Assembly: GCA_026026165.1 (NCBI GenBank)
Contig: JAPEUD010000001.1
Coordinates: 434,001-498,000, forward strand
Reading direction: 5' to 3'
DNA from: Sarea resinae
Taxonomy: Eukaryota
DNA: 64,000 nt
The notes beneath the pieces were generated by a model. That model did no database searches, was not told where the DNA came from, and saw only the letters and a program-made list of their open reading frames with translations. Of this stretch, positions 37,325 through 50,529 are shown piece by piece (position 1 is the stretch's first letter; every line of letters begins with the position of its first letter). The position numbers and the translations under genes were made by a program.

Positions 37325-38880
37325 CTAGTCAATGCACCAGAACAGAAAAGGGCCACTCTCCGCAACATCTGCGTTGGCCATATTATTGGCGAGCCACCAG
37401 CGGCCCAACATGATGTTACCGCCCGGAAGGACAACGCCCTCGTAAGCCCAGATATGGGTTTCATCATGTACCGCAGGGAACACATGCGCAGGCCGGGGTG
37501 GCCTCATGCTCTTGGTGTAGTATTTCATCATCGTTATGCGCTGGAAGCCGGGAATACTATGTTGCAAGGGCAACTCGTGCACATAGCCGCTTGCGCGAAA
37601 GGCGCTATTGTTGTCACTTCCGGATGCCATGAAGCGCGCGGCCTTTGGAGTAGATATGCTAGAACGTTGACGAGGAACGAATTTGATACCATTGGGAACT
37701 GTGTGAAGGCGGATCTCGAAATGATTCGGCCAGGCGGGCATGTTGGGATCGTCAAATTCGAGGAACATGGTCTATCGGATGTGTGTGAGCCACGTAGGGA
37801 GTGAGGTGGTAGACTAAGGCTAGACTGTGGTTTGAACTTACCTGCAAGCCGTCTTGTGAGTCTAGGTTATCTACGAAGACGTCGTTTGGTGAAGGTCCAT
37901 TACGAATCGCCTGAATGTCCCCCGAGAGCAAGTAGGCTGATGAGTTGTGAAGTCAGCGCTTAGGAAAGGATACCGGGATTGGACGGATATGTGCTTACCA
38001 TACGCCCCTTTCCACTTCCTACCAAGTTTCTTCAACCCGGGTTCGAGTTTGGTTGTCCACCCTTTTGGATATTCTTTCTTGTCGAGCGCCGTATACTCGT
38101 GGAACAGAGTCCCCTCGTATTCGCAAAACAAATGGTAACGAAAGAAATGTCCTGCCAAAAGGAGCCATTCCACATTGACGACGCTATAAGATTTCTGGAA
38201 CACTGGAGCGTGCGCGGAAGTTTGATACACGGCTCTCTGAGCTTCGAAGGATGGATGCACTGGGATCTGAAGTTCGAGGTCAAGAGCAATGTGGTACAGT
38301 GCCAACTGAATTGCCATCATTTTCAATAGTGGCTTTCCCCCACGGATCGAGGAAGCAACGACGGTGTTCAGAAGATGAGATTTGACGGTAGCTTGCTTTA
38401 TCACATCCAGGTTTAGGCTCTCTGACAGAGTAATACCCGGGGTGACTGACGAGAAAGATTCTGTTGGAAGTTTCGAATTAGCCTGCTTTCTCTCAACAAG
38501 TACGAAGGGAAAGAGGCTCGCCGTTGATCAGTTTGCAAATCAAATTGAGATATCGCAATCCAAGCCGATGTGACTGGCCGGGAGCAAAGGAGATATCCGA
38601 GTGCAGGAGCCCTTGTCGTTTCTTATAGAGTTCAACTAAATCTTTGCCAGACATATGAGAGGTCATGTCGAAGACACAAGCGAAGCGCTTCTTCCAAAGT
38701 ATTGGACACTGTAGGACCTCGTGATAAGTCGTTTTGCAGATTGCGCCAAAGTTGACGAAATCCTGGTCAGAGCCAACGAAGCTGGCGATGTTTTGATTCA
38801 TCTAATTTGCCGTATCCTTAGAAGACAGTTTACATAGGCAGAGTCAAACGTACCTCAGCCGGCAGGTTATTGAACGCCAT
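37325..38880 (-). CDS. F-box-like domain protein (exons 38880-38854, 38801 to 38522 or 38504, 38460-37999, 37936-37842, 37771-37325)
   Basis: N-terminal F-box-like FNNLPAEMNQNIASFV...LWKKRFACVFD. C-terminal IPGFQRITMMKY...WAYEGVVLPGGNIMLGRWW...GPFLFW resembles a fungal F-box family tail. Confidence 0.75.
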
Positions 38881-39887
38881 CGTGGATATTTTCAGGAACT
38901 TTCTCGACTCTGAGTGAGCTCAGAAATTGAAACAGCGGAACAATAAGCTGAATATAAAAGTCAGTATACTAAGGATAGATGGGAGGCTCATGGGCAATGC
39001 CCAACCGCCTAGTAAGAGATAGAGATCAGAATGATGGAAGATGGAGCGGCACTTACGTAGCTGCAGTTGGTACACTCTGTTCAATCAAGTCAGGGCAGAG
39101 ATACCAACAAAGAGCTGAAGGCTATTCAGCTAGCTGTTGCTCAGAGGTATCTTCTGTGGCTTGACAATGGAAGAAGGACCGGGCAACCTTAAATTGTAGA
39201 GAGGTTGCGAGGATTGCGGGGCGGGTGAGGAAGAAGAGGTGAAGAGGTGAGAGGAGAAGAGGTGAAGAGGACGAGAGGCGATTGACAAGTAGGGACGGAC
39301 GAAGAAGAGCCCGCGGGCAGGGGTGAAAAGATGATATGCTTAGTCGACGATGGTTGGGAAGAACAGCAAAGCCCCACGACCGAGAAGGCCTGTCCAGGCG
39401 AAGGTGGTAGACAAGGACGAAGGAGAGATCATTGCCAGACAAGTCGTGGAAGACCTTCGTGAAGACCAGTGAAATTTGCACGAGGAGGATGACTGTTGGT
39501 TTGTAGATGTCAGGGCGTGCAATTATCATTCTCAGAATAGGTGATAACCAATGAACAGCTTGGGCATTACAGCATACTCAAACATAACATAAAGACCGCC
39601 TGGAACGAAGATCCCCCGAGACGATGCTAGCTAGCATTGAGGAATTAGATAGCTGTAACCAGAGAATAGAGCACTATAGATGGTATGAGTACGTACGGGA
39701 CGCACTGACAAAGCGATGGAAACCAGCATGGCAGCAATAAAGAGCAGCTCGCAGGGGAAACAGACTGAAAGAGTATCAGGACATGTGGAGTAGATTACTT
39801 CAGTTCTCGAAGTGGTCGTTGCTACCCCTATTGCGCCCCTTATTCAGATATTCACCGCATGACGAAGGCCCAAATAAGCGCAATCTC

Positions 39888-41505
39888 TCAATTAAACCGT
39901 TGTAGTATATAGGCCGCAAAATGAACGAAAATGGTAGCCGTGCCAGACCAATATATTTTGGATGTCTGGGCAGCGCCAGCGGCCCCCGAGGAAGTCATGC
40001 TGCTGGTAGACCCACTGGGGTTACTTGAGATACCGCTCGTCTGAGACGGACTCTGACTGCTGCTCATACCAGATGCCTCTCCACCAGAAGTTGTGTTGGA
40101 TACATTCGACGTAGTCTTCAAGACAACGTATATCTCGCCTGTGGCGTCAGAACTCATGTATATACGGCCTTGACTATCACTGGCAAGGCCTACTGGCCTG
40201 AAGCAATCGTTCGGGCAATTTGAGTTGTTTGCATTCGTAACGATATCCAGTGCTGCAGTGGTGCTATTTGAAGGCTCAACAGGAGACCCATTCGAAAAGT
40301 GGATCAGGGAGAGCTTGTATCCAACAGGTATGGTCCGATCCCTATACCAGTAAGCAGTGCTGAGAGCTTTCGGTTTCTCGGAAAGGCTCACCAGCTTCCA
40401 TGAAAGGTGACATATGCTTCTGTTCCGTTGTCGAGAAAGAGAATATCTAGGGGAGCCATGTGGGCTTGAAAGGTGAGCCGCGGCGCGACTCTGTCAGATT
40501 GGCAGAAGCTGTCGTTCACTGTATTATTGGCGGATCCTATAGCAAACTGACTTCCGACACTGATACCAGAGTTGTTTGGCAGCTCGCTAGGTGCCCAAGC
40601 GGCGAAGCAAAATGGATAGCCATAGTTGCCAGCTTGCGAGTCCCCATACGCATCCGCTAGAGAGCCAAGAGAATTCAACTCCTCACCCGGGTTGTCTTCA
40701 TGAATATCTTGGCCGTCGCGGGACAGTTGGTCGACAGAATTCTCGACGCTGAAGATGTTCCCTGTGACGGGTTCTTCTGCAACGCCCACCGAATTTCTTA
40801 GACCCCATCCCAATAATTTGCCATCCGTGTCAAAGTTATAGACGGCAGTCCTGTTGGTAAGATCAAAAGCCTTGACCTGACTGTGACCGGTCGATTCAAC
40901 CTCCGCAGCTGGATCAACGTTCGCCGTACTTCCTCGACTCACTATCAACGTTCCATTCTGTTTCCGAGACATGAGAAGCGTCCGAGTAGTGTGGTCGCTC
41001 GTGCTCATGCCAGAGACTAGCGTCTCGTTCGCGGTGCCAACTTGACTGGTAGCGGAATCATAGTCCCAGGAAAAGGCAGCTTCAGCAGACGAAGCATACA
41101 AAGTCTTTCCATCGTTCGACAAGGCGATTCCGTGATTCAGCTATGTGAGAGTGGCGTTAGTGAGGCCCAATCATGAAAACATAAGACTGATTTGGTTTCC
41201 CATACAGAGCTACTGCTTATAACTTGCTTGGTAGACCCGACGCTGATACAAGAACCACCATCGTCGTTCAGAGACAAGCTAACGATGCCGTTTCCTGCTT
41301 GGACTACAAGGAGATGCCCTTCTAGATCGAATGTGATAGACCGAGGGCTGACCAGACCCGTAGCAACCAGTTTTGCTTCGTAACCAGAAGCTACGGATGG
41401 AGCTGGGTAGTGTGGAGTAAGTGTAGAGTTGCAAGCAGCTTGCCCTGGTATCGGCAACACGAAAAGTGTTATGAATGCAATAACGGCCACAGGGTTCAGA
41501 TACAT
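39888..41505 (-). CDS. Secreted PQQ-dependent sugar/sorbosone dehydrogenase-like beta-propeller protein (AA12-like) with Ser/Thr-rich, hydrophobic (possible GPI) tail; exons 41505-41206, 41140-40392, 40341-39888
   Basis: Signal peptide; HTTRTLL; LGWGLRNSVG; SVENSVDQ..HEDNPGEELN; PRLTFQAHMAPLDI; FHGSWDR; CFRPVGLA.DSQGRIYMSSDATGEIY. Confidence 0.85.
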
Positions 41506-42662
41506 GACGAAGGCTATAGGAGCTCAGACGTGCTTCCGTAGATGTTGAAGGATTATATTGCCATAGTCGACAAGCTAGCAGTCGAAAGTAAGCTCTATAT
41601 AACATTTTGCCGCTGGCCTGCTGGGGGACATGACGGGCATCAAGCAGACGCTAGCTACTGTGACAACCTGGAAGCACTGGGCAGGTAGGTCGGCTCCTTG
41701 CAGTTAGATGTTTCGATAGTAAAGCATGACAGGAAGAGCCAAAGCCCATCCATTGAATTGGAAGGTCATTAGGCCATGATCCTCTCGATATCGATGTTCG
41801 GTTGTCGTCATGACTGCAATTGGAGGAAGCACGGGCATAGAAGTACTTCAGTAGCTTGAGTAGGTGGTACGAAGTACTTCGTACTTCCTACCTGAGCCAA
41901 GTGCGGGGGATCCAATGTTGGGGGAACAGGGAATTCTTGGTCTCCTACTGCGCAGTACAGATCTATCTCCAGTTGCGGCTCACCAAAGGGATCATAGGGA
42001 TGAGACAGTTGACTAGTCATACATTCAAGTTGTTTTTTTCGTATCAAAGCTACGACTTCATGTCTAGTTAAAACACTAACGCAACCATGCTGCCGCCTCG
42101 ATGCTGCCTCGGTGAGAATACCACCGTCCTTTTCCACCCCGGTGACTGATATGGTCACATTCACTCAAAACGAAAGACCACCTTCGAGCCCGGTGTCGTA
42201 GATGCCAACTCATAACAGAGGTGTCTGTGAGGAAAAGTGAAGATGCTGGAAAAGGAAAAAGAACCCGACAGCCTGAGTACGCAAAATGCCCTTCCGGTTT
42301 GTACCATATCCCCCAACCCCAATAGAACCCATAAAGAAAATTTTGTGCTTCTAGCAACGATTCCGAGGCCAAGACCACGGGCAGACAGCAAAGTCTGATA
42401 ATTAGAAAAGAAAATGAATAGACGCTCGTAAGCCATTCGCGTGATGAGACGCTCAAAACGAAGTATCGCCGCAGGCAACGTTGTGGTGATCTCGCCCAAC
42501 ATGCATCCGTTCAAGAGAACATCATGCAGCCCATGCAAGAATAGATATACAAGAATAGAGAACGAAAGTTCGTGATTGTGCGGTCCTTCAGTGATCGAAG
42601 TGTCGCTGTCACGAACTGATATCTGGGAGACCTAGAGACGACAGAAGTAGAGGTCGCGGGGC

Positions 42663-45600
42663 CTATAGGACTACCATCCTGTCCATGCGCCCATGCAAAC
42701 CTCTTCCATTTCCCTGCAGTGCGATGATGGTTCCCGTGCCATCCTTGCTATTTGGGGAATTTTCTTTCCCGTTTGAAGAGTCGAGAGGAATGTCTACAAA
42801 AAGATCAGGGAAGGGCGTATCAGGACGATTCGGACCGAAATCAGGGCTCGACGGCACGCTATCAACACTGCGTACGATCTCGGAGAGATTTCGTGCAAGC
42901 ACATTGACGTGTGCTACCAGGTCTCGGAGGGTAGTCGTATCGAAATACATTCTCTTATGCTGTGGCTGTGATTTGTTCGCACTCATGAGCTGATTCGAAC
43001 CATCCCTTCTCTGGTACATGTTTGCTAGTACAGACTTTGCCATAGCTGTGGAATCTTTCCGATTTCGTCCAGATGGGGAAGCTTGTGTCTTGTCGAGTTT
43101 CGACGCTGGATTCGCATAATAGTGCGACTTTGCTTTGCCTTCACCAAATATATCGTCATCAGGTGACAGAACCGACTTGCGTTGAAATCGGACTGGCTGA
43201 GCTGGCGTGGCGTCGTCTTCGAAAGGATCGAAGTTGAAATCCGCAGATGATGGAGAGTGTGGAGGAGATAGCTCTTGCTCGTCGTCGTCTAGAGTCGCTA
43301 AGTTGATTATTCCTTCCGCCTCCGTCCAGAGACTCTCCGATGGACCATTCAAGATCCCCTTCGCTGTTGCGCGGATTCGAAGTCGCTTCAAGTCTTCGAC
43401 AAGAAGAGCAAATTCTCGTACATGACCCAAATGACCCAGTACATTGGCCTGCTGCTCTTGGATAGCCTTTGGCACAATCATCGCAACTCCGCTATCCACC
43501 CGAGTGTCATCTCCGTCTTTCCCACCTTTCTTCTCAAGAGCGTTACTGTCATCAAATTCGAAATCGTCATCCCAATCTTCGGTTGGGACCTTGCTAGAAT
43601 TTCCCCAGGTGCCGAACCGATTCGCACCACCGGACGGGTCACGCTTATTTCCAGACTCTGGAACAACAGGTACGCTTTGACTTCGAACATGTGCAGCGCT
43701 TGGCCCGCGACGCCCACTCGCTCTGCTACCCCTAACATCGGTCCCTTGTTTTCCATGAACCGTGTTTGGTCGAGCAGATGAACCCGTGGGAGAGTCCTTT
43801 CGGATTGGCTGCTGCTCGGACCAATCGAAAAGACTGCTTCTCGCGTCTTTGTCGGTATGTTCTATGCTCAGTGTCTGGGAGCTATCATTGGGGCTTTCGT
43901 GATTCATTCCCGAAAGATTTGCGTGCGGTGACTGGGGAAGTGACAAAGAGTTGCGAGCATCTGAGCTTCCCGAGTACTTGATCGGGGATTTGATTGGGGA
44001 GTCATAGTCTCTGTCGAATGACCACCCATCAAAACCTTCGGCCTCAGCGTCGCCGTCGAAATACGGACTGTCAAGATTTGACTTCAGGAATTTGCCTTGA
44101 AAGGTCGAGAGACCGTCAATCGTAGGACCGGGGACTTTGGCCCTGATTGGGGTAGACAAGTCATCTTCAGAACATTTGGATGATTGAACAGGCGTTGACA
44201 AGCTGCCATTGTCTTCCTCAATGCAAGCACTTTTATCAACAGCAGTGATGGCGTGGTCGGGAAACAGGCCGTCACGTAGGAGATCTTGGAGGTCGATCAA
44301 TGAACCTTTTGTGGGCAGCTGAGGGGGAGACTCGTCAAAGATAGTGTCAATTCGAGGACCACGAGGCCCAGAAGATGATGCTCCGGTTGTGACTGTCCGC
44401 AAAGAGTCGAATACAGTATCGCTTTGAAAATCCACATCGTCTTCATCGCCAGAGTTGAACGTCATCTCATTGTCAGATCCTACCAATGTTGAGGCACGAT
44501 CGGAAGGCCCCACAGAGGTTCGACAAGGCCGATATGAGTGGACTGGTGGCGATGAAGGGCCTGTAAAGCTAGCGCTCTGTGATAGCCTGTGCGATCCCGC
44601 GTTGGATGTAGGAGGGAGAGCATGTACATCGATAGGTTCGGATTCCTGGTTGCTACTTGGCAGTGGTGCCGAAACATTCCGTGGCCTTACCGGCACAGTC
44701 GTTTCTTCAGTTGACGCGTGACTGTTACATGGGATAGTGACACTCTCTTGAAAGATTGAGGGATCCGTAATATCGGGGCGTTTGAAGCCTAGGCTAGAAT
44801 CTACGCGCCGTGGTTGATCCCCGGGATGCTCGTGCGGAGTTGTAAAAGGCGCAGAAGAGATTCTCAATCCTTTGCTAGACCCAAGGCGACCTTTCATGGT
44901 AGTCCTAAAGCTTTGCGAGCGGGACAAGTCCGGAGACGATGACTTTGAAGAAAGCATGTCGCTTACGGAAAACGAGTGTCGAGGTCTACGACCACTTCCT
45001 TTGTCTTCAGCTTGTGATGGCCCGTCAGAGGCAACGGACAGAATGGCGTTGATGGCTGCAGGTGTGACAGGCCTGCTACTCCCAAGAAAGATAGAGTCCC
45101 CATCAATGCTCAACGAGTCATCTTTCGCATCAGCTGGAGCGATATCATCTGCTAGTAGCAGGGTTGGTGGATGTTGGCTGTCAGGATGTATTCGCTTCAT
45201 GACTTTCAGCTCTATAGCATTTCCTGCTGGCGTCTGACTTGTCTTGACTGTCTTTGGGCGAAAACACATGCGCCATCCCTTGGAGGGCTGAAGTGACACG
45301 ACCTCTTGAGAGGGGATTCTGGATTGGCTGGCCCACTCCTCAATAAGAGCATGCTGATCTCTTTCCTCCGCAAAGGCATGATGGTGTTTGAGTGTTGCCG
45401 AGCGTTGATGGCTCGTTGCGGGTCTGCGTAACGTAGGACCTTGTGGTCTAGAACCCGTGAAAGAGAAAAGGCCTCCATTTTGCCCAAGCTGCGAAGAGCT
45501 CCGCTTCACCAGCTTGTTTGGCGGCAAAGTGGATTGTCTTTCGCCATCTCGAAGAATTGGAGCTGCAGAGCCGTTTGAGAAGATCGAAGGTGTCTCTGGG

Positions 45601-46244
45601 CGTATACTCGACGAAGGACTGGCGCTGTGCGAGGAATGGAATGATGAGAGACGTCGAACCCATGAAGACCTTGATGCGATTGAGGCCCGTGGGTCGAAAA
45701 CACTTGGCTCATTTTCCGCTACGGTAGGGACATCATGATAAGTGATTGTGGAAGATCTCGTTGAATCTTCTAACCCGGCACTCGTCGCACGCCTCGCCCT
45801 CGTGAAAGATCCTAATCGGCTTTGGGCAAAATTGGGAGTAGTACTGGGTATTTCGGTAGGAGTTTGGATCCTACGAGATGATGGTGTACGTCGAGCGTCC
45901 GGGAAGGGATGTGTTATCTCATTTGTATCGTGATACGTGGTCGCTCTCCTCTTCTTGAACGCATGTTCGGGGACGGGTGATGACTCTGGAATACCAAAGG
46001 AGAGGCCAACGGCGGCCGCGCCGATCGTGCTTGTGGCACACAGCTATAGCCCAGTCAGCTACCATCCATGAATGAGTTAATGAAAGGTGCCCATGGCAGA
46101 GCAACAGACAAGACGAGACCACCACGGCCAACCACGCGAAGGAGCCATTTCAACCGTGCTCGCGGGAGATAGAAGGAAAAGAGGCAATCATGAGGAAGAT
46201 GGAGTGAAGTGAAACGAAATCCGTACCGTGGGCACTGTCTTCAT
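42663..46244 (-). CDS. Large Ser/Pro-rich hypothetical protein, about 1130 aa (exon 46244-46227 MKTVPT, intron 46226-46044, exon 46043-42663)
   Basis: The frame is open from 46043 to 42663. A GCTGAC branch site with TAG acceptor at 46044 and an ATG...ACG|GTACGG phase-0 donor supply the start. Ordered motifs include FQSDTVFDSLRT, HVRSQSVP, EDWDDDFEF and FALLVEDLKRLR. Confidence 0.8.
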
Positions 46245-49200
46245 AGTTCTTCTCACGACAGATGCCCGTCTTCAGCGAAGAACGGAAGGGATGTTGTGAG
46301 AGAGAAGAGAGAGGCACGAAAGGAGCCGTCGCGTAAGATCATTAGCATCGTGAAGCCAAATCAACAAATCTTCAATTGGCCTGATGGTCGAGGCAAGAGA
46401 CGCCTGGGCAAACGAAGAGGCCGTGGAAGGAAGTCACGAAGGAAGAAGGAAAGAGTCGTCGGTGTCGGTGTCGGTGTCGGTCAAAGTCAAGGTCGAGGTC
46501 GTGAGTCGTCGGCGACTGGAATGGAAGGAACGAAGGAATCCCCATACAACACAGTACCGTCTAGTAGTATCCGTAATGTCTTCCCTCATTCCAACTCTGC
46601 GGGTGCTGTGACCTTCATCTGGCTCTCATGAGGGAGGTGCACACACGAGGACGAGAAGGTGAGGAAGAGGGTCAGGTTCAGGTGAAATGAGTACGAGGGA
46701 GTTACTTGGCCGTGAGCCGTTCTGGTAGGGCGGAAGGGGTACTCGGTAGTATGTAAATAATAGAGGGTGGTTTGCGAGATGAGTGGCCAGTAGCAGTCAA
46801 CGCGGTGTAGCGTAGCGTCTGGTAGTGTGTATGTACCTTTCTTGCGAACAACAAACCTACTGGAAGCTCGATCTCCTCGAAATATGACGGATCCAATACT
46901 GAGATCACCGAACCTACGGAGACGCACAAAAGGAGAGGCTACGGATCGTTGCTCTGCTCTGCTTTGCTTTGCTGTCCTCTGCCCACATACATGTCCTTCT
47001 TTGCGGAAGCTGCTGACCTTTGGAAGGGGAAGAAGAGCCGCCCAAGGATGGCAAGCTAAGGCAGGAAGTAATTAAGATGCTGTCCTCGTACGCATTACAC
47101 TCGGGGAGCAGTCCTCTGGCGTAAGGTAACAAGAATGATGTCTAGAAGGATTCCAGGTTGTCCCTGTCCCTGGTCGCTTACAACTAACGGGAAAGTGAGT
47201 ACCTTAGGTAGTAATCATTCGTATCTCAAGGCTAGTAGCTGTCAGGTAGAGGGAGGTAGCGCCCATATGCTACGTAAGTAGTTGCAGCCAAAAGAGACTC
47301 CTGAGATGAGATGATTTACCACACCTGGCCGTAGGCATTTGAAAGGGAGAGGGCGTCCAGAAATGAAATCCGGCCACTGTTTACTGCACACACTGCACGC
47401 ACTACTGTAGCAGCCGAAGTATGTTTGCAGCTCAGGTACCTGACCTGGCCTACTACTGTACATACTTTCCCAAGGTCGCAAGGCGCGAAGGTAGACACCC
47501 TTGAGAAGCCACCACTCAATTTGCTGTGATTCCTGCAGTTTGATGATTCTGCTGCCTCTTCCCAAACGCGAATCTGCAAATCTCCACCTGCGTGTCCGCG
47601 ACCATTTCACACCACGGGCTCCCGTCTTACCAAATCGCCATCCATCTTCCCGTGTTCACTTTGGGGTTCCGAAGATGTTCTTTGCTTCGTGCCATGCTTC
47701 ACGCTTGACTGTCCAAGCGTCCCGACTCTCTACCTCAAGTCCGCTCGATCGGACCCAAGGCCACGATACGCGTCATTAGTACCGTGTCACCTTGCCCTTT
47801 GCCTTCGAGCAGTACCTTACCTTACTTTGCCTTACCTTAACTTGACCAACCACCAAGACTACCTACATTGTTTGCAGCATGCGAAGCTGGGACGGTGGTC
47901 TGCATTATTGCATCACCAGATCGCGGCACATCTACGGATATGACGGTAGGAATTGTATCAAATGTACTTCGTAGAGCTCGGCGGGTCGGCCTCTGCTTCC
48001 ATAAAGTAACTTCGTACGGGAGCAGGGACATGCCAGCCTTCTCTTTCCACCGGGGAGGCTCTTCTAGGCAGACGGAGCAGGTGCACGGCTGAAGCATTGC
48101 CCCTCAGTATTACGCCGCTAGGCAGGGTCATCTCATCCTCTTAAGCTCGAGGCCTCAGGCTTGGACATGGAGACGGGGCATAGAGCGGTTCATATTCAAG
48201 TTTTTCACAGGCCGGTGCTCGTATCCCATTTCCCGTCTATTGCCTTAGGTAAGTCGCGTCTGACGCCTTTTCGGAGTCGGAGGCACCCATCCATGGATGA
48301 TTGACACTACGCGGCAACGACACGCGCAAATGGCATTGCCAACACAGCGAATCTGGAGGCATCTTCCCGGTCGATAGACCGCCCCTGGAGGGGAAATCAT
48401 CGAAAAGGTGTCAAGAGCCGAAGTCGCGATGACGCCCAATTGGAGCGAGCGGTGCGCTCAGCGGACCCTCAGCCGCCCACTGTGTGTGAAAGAGACGGCA
48501 AGGGCATCATTGCAGGGTGCCAGGGTCCAGGGGCAGATCGCTAAATTAACCCCGGAGCCCTTTCCTCTCACCGCGTCGGATGCGCAGAAAGTTGCTGAGA
48601 GGAATCCGACCCAGTTGACTTTACAACAGCACCGAAATTAGCGGAGAAAGAATGGCGCTGAGAATGCCGTCGAGTCTGTTCATTTGTTGCTCCCTCTGTT
48701 GTTATCAGCTGGACATTTAGAATGGGCGAGGTAGTACTAGAGTAATCGTACCTGCGAAGGGAGAGTGAGTGCAAGAGGGCTCCGGGCAGAAGGTGACAAG
48801 ACGCCAAACAATGGACGTGTGTGGAGACGGCCAGTCCCGGAGAGGAAAAGTACTGGCTAAACCGGACTGAAGCTCCCTGACTTCCATGCTCGCCTTCCCG
48901 CGCCTGAGAAGATCACTGTCCAGGGCGACTGCAAGTTATCTGCAAGTTATCTGCAAGCTCCATCTCTCCACCATGCATCTCGGCCACTCCAGTGCCTAAA
49001 GAGGTCGCAGCAAGGAGGAGAATGAGACGCAAGGTGCGGTTCCCTTGCTGACCTTTGCCACTGTCGCACCCACGCAATCAAGATAGCGAGGCCCGTCCAA
49101 TCACTGCCAATGATAATCGGATGCTCGCTCGTTTGACTGGGCCGGGTGATTTTTCGGGAGTCGGGACCCATTGAATAATCATCGAGGGAGCTCTTAATTG

Positions 49201-50529
49201 ATACCACTGCACACGGCGCAAAGCAAAGCAAACCCTACGAACGTAAGGTACTTCGTACAATGCTCCCCTCCTCCGAGTACTTCATCATCCATCGTACTCC
49301 CAACATCGCGATATTGCAGATCTCGTCAAGTGATTTCCCTGCAGGGATTCTAAAAATGGATCGGAATTGGATCGGAAATGGAACGTCATAACTGATTGCC
49401 TCCTTCCGATTACAGAGGGACTGCTAACTACCTTATCTAGGTAGGTATTTAAGGTACATCTGGCACCGACAGCACTTCTGGCAATGCTTCTAGAAGCGAC
49501 AGGGGCATGATATGGATGTCCGTCCTGATGTCTGATGTCGAGCAGGTCAGCCTTTGAAGTGAGGATTAATACGTCCAGAGACCCTATATACAGAGGTACT
49601 CTCATTTGCAGCTACAGTATGTGCCAGAGTTCCAAGGTTGGTGGCGACGATTGCGTCAAATCCCGTGGCGATTTACATTCTCCCGCCGCCCTAGAAGCCG
49701 GGTTGCTCCTTGCTCCTCGCTCACATGTTTCCGAATCCCAGGGATTCATTCGTAAGATCCGTAAGAGCATCTACTCCGAGTACTCTACTCCGAAACATCC
49801 ATGGATTCGCATATTCGTTGTCTTCATACTCCTGTGTGAAGACCGACCGCACAGTCCGTTCTTCTACGTACTCATCAGCGTAGGTGTTCCGAAAGTGCTC
49901 TCGTTCTGTACAATTGGTGATACGATATGTGTTTGATTCGAGTCAGACGAAACGACGCCCTGTCCCATTGTGGAGGTAGCCTACAAATATCTTCGGACAC
50001 GAATGGCAAGACCCAAGGTTTTCATTCCCTCAGGAACCCAAATGCGCCGCAATGCTTTCCGTGGTGACAAATGGGTCAAAGCATCAGGTACGACGTATAT
50101 TGCAATTCGGATGCATTAAGTCATGATTGCCTACCGCGATCGTTAATAGTAGAGTGAGCTGAGTGAACAGCGCGCTTCCCTTTGTAATTGCATCTCTTTA
50201 TGTGCAAGGTAAGACTACAGATCTCGTTCGTACGCAGACGGAGATCGAGTATCGGGCATCGAGCATCCCCACTGCTCCTGCGGTTCATTGAGGGTTGATG
50301 CTTTTCACCCACACCGTACTCATTCGTACCGGACGGCTTAGTAAGCATTCGCGATGTAGATCCCGAATGCGATCTATTGGCCAAGCCGGGGATCAAAAGG
50401 TGAGATGAACCTTTGCCAGATCTCAGTGGACGGTCTTCCTGCCAGAGAAAATTTCGAAGATTTTGAATCAACGGATCTGAAGAAATTCATCGTTCCTTTC
50501 CCGGCCATCTCTGGTGTTGATCGTTGAAG

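Noticed and set aside
45528..46043. Met-free open frame upstream of the 954-aa ORF, suggesting another non-AUG start
   Set aside because: A branch site and acceptor at 46044 plus an upstream ATG exon (46244-46227) with a phase-matched GTACGG donor explain it by ordinary splicing.
46300..50480. Short ORFs between the hypothetical gene and gcn20
   Set aside because: No domain signal. The region reads as divergent promoter/UTR sequence with small tandem repeats such as ctgcaagttat at 48929-48957.
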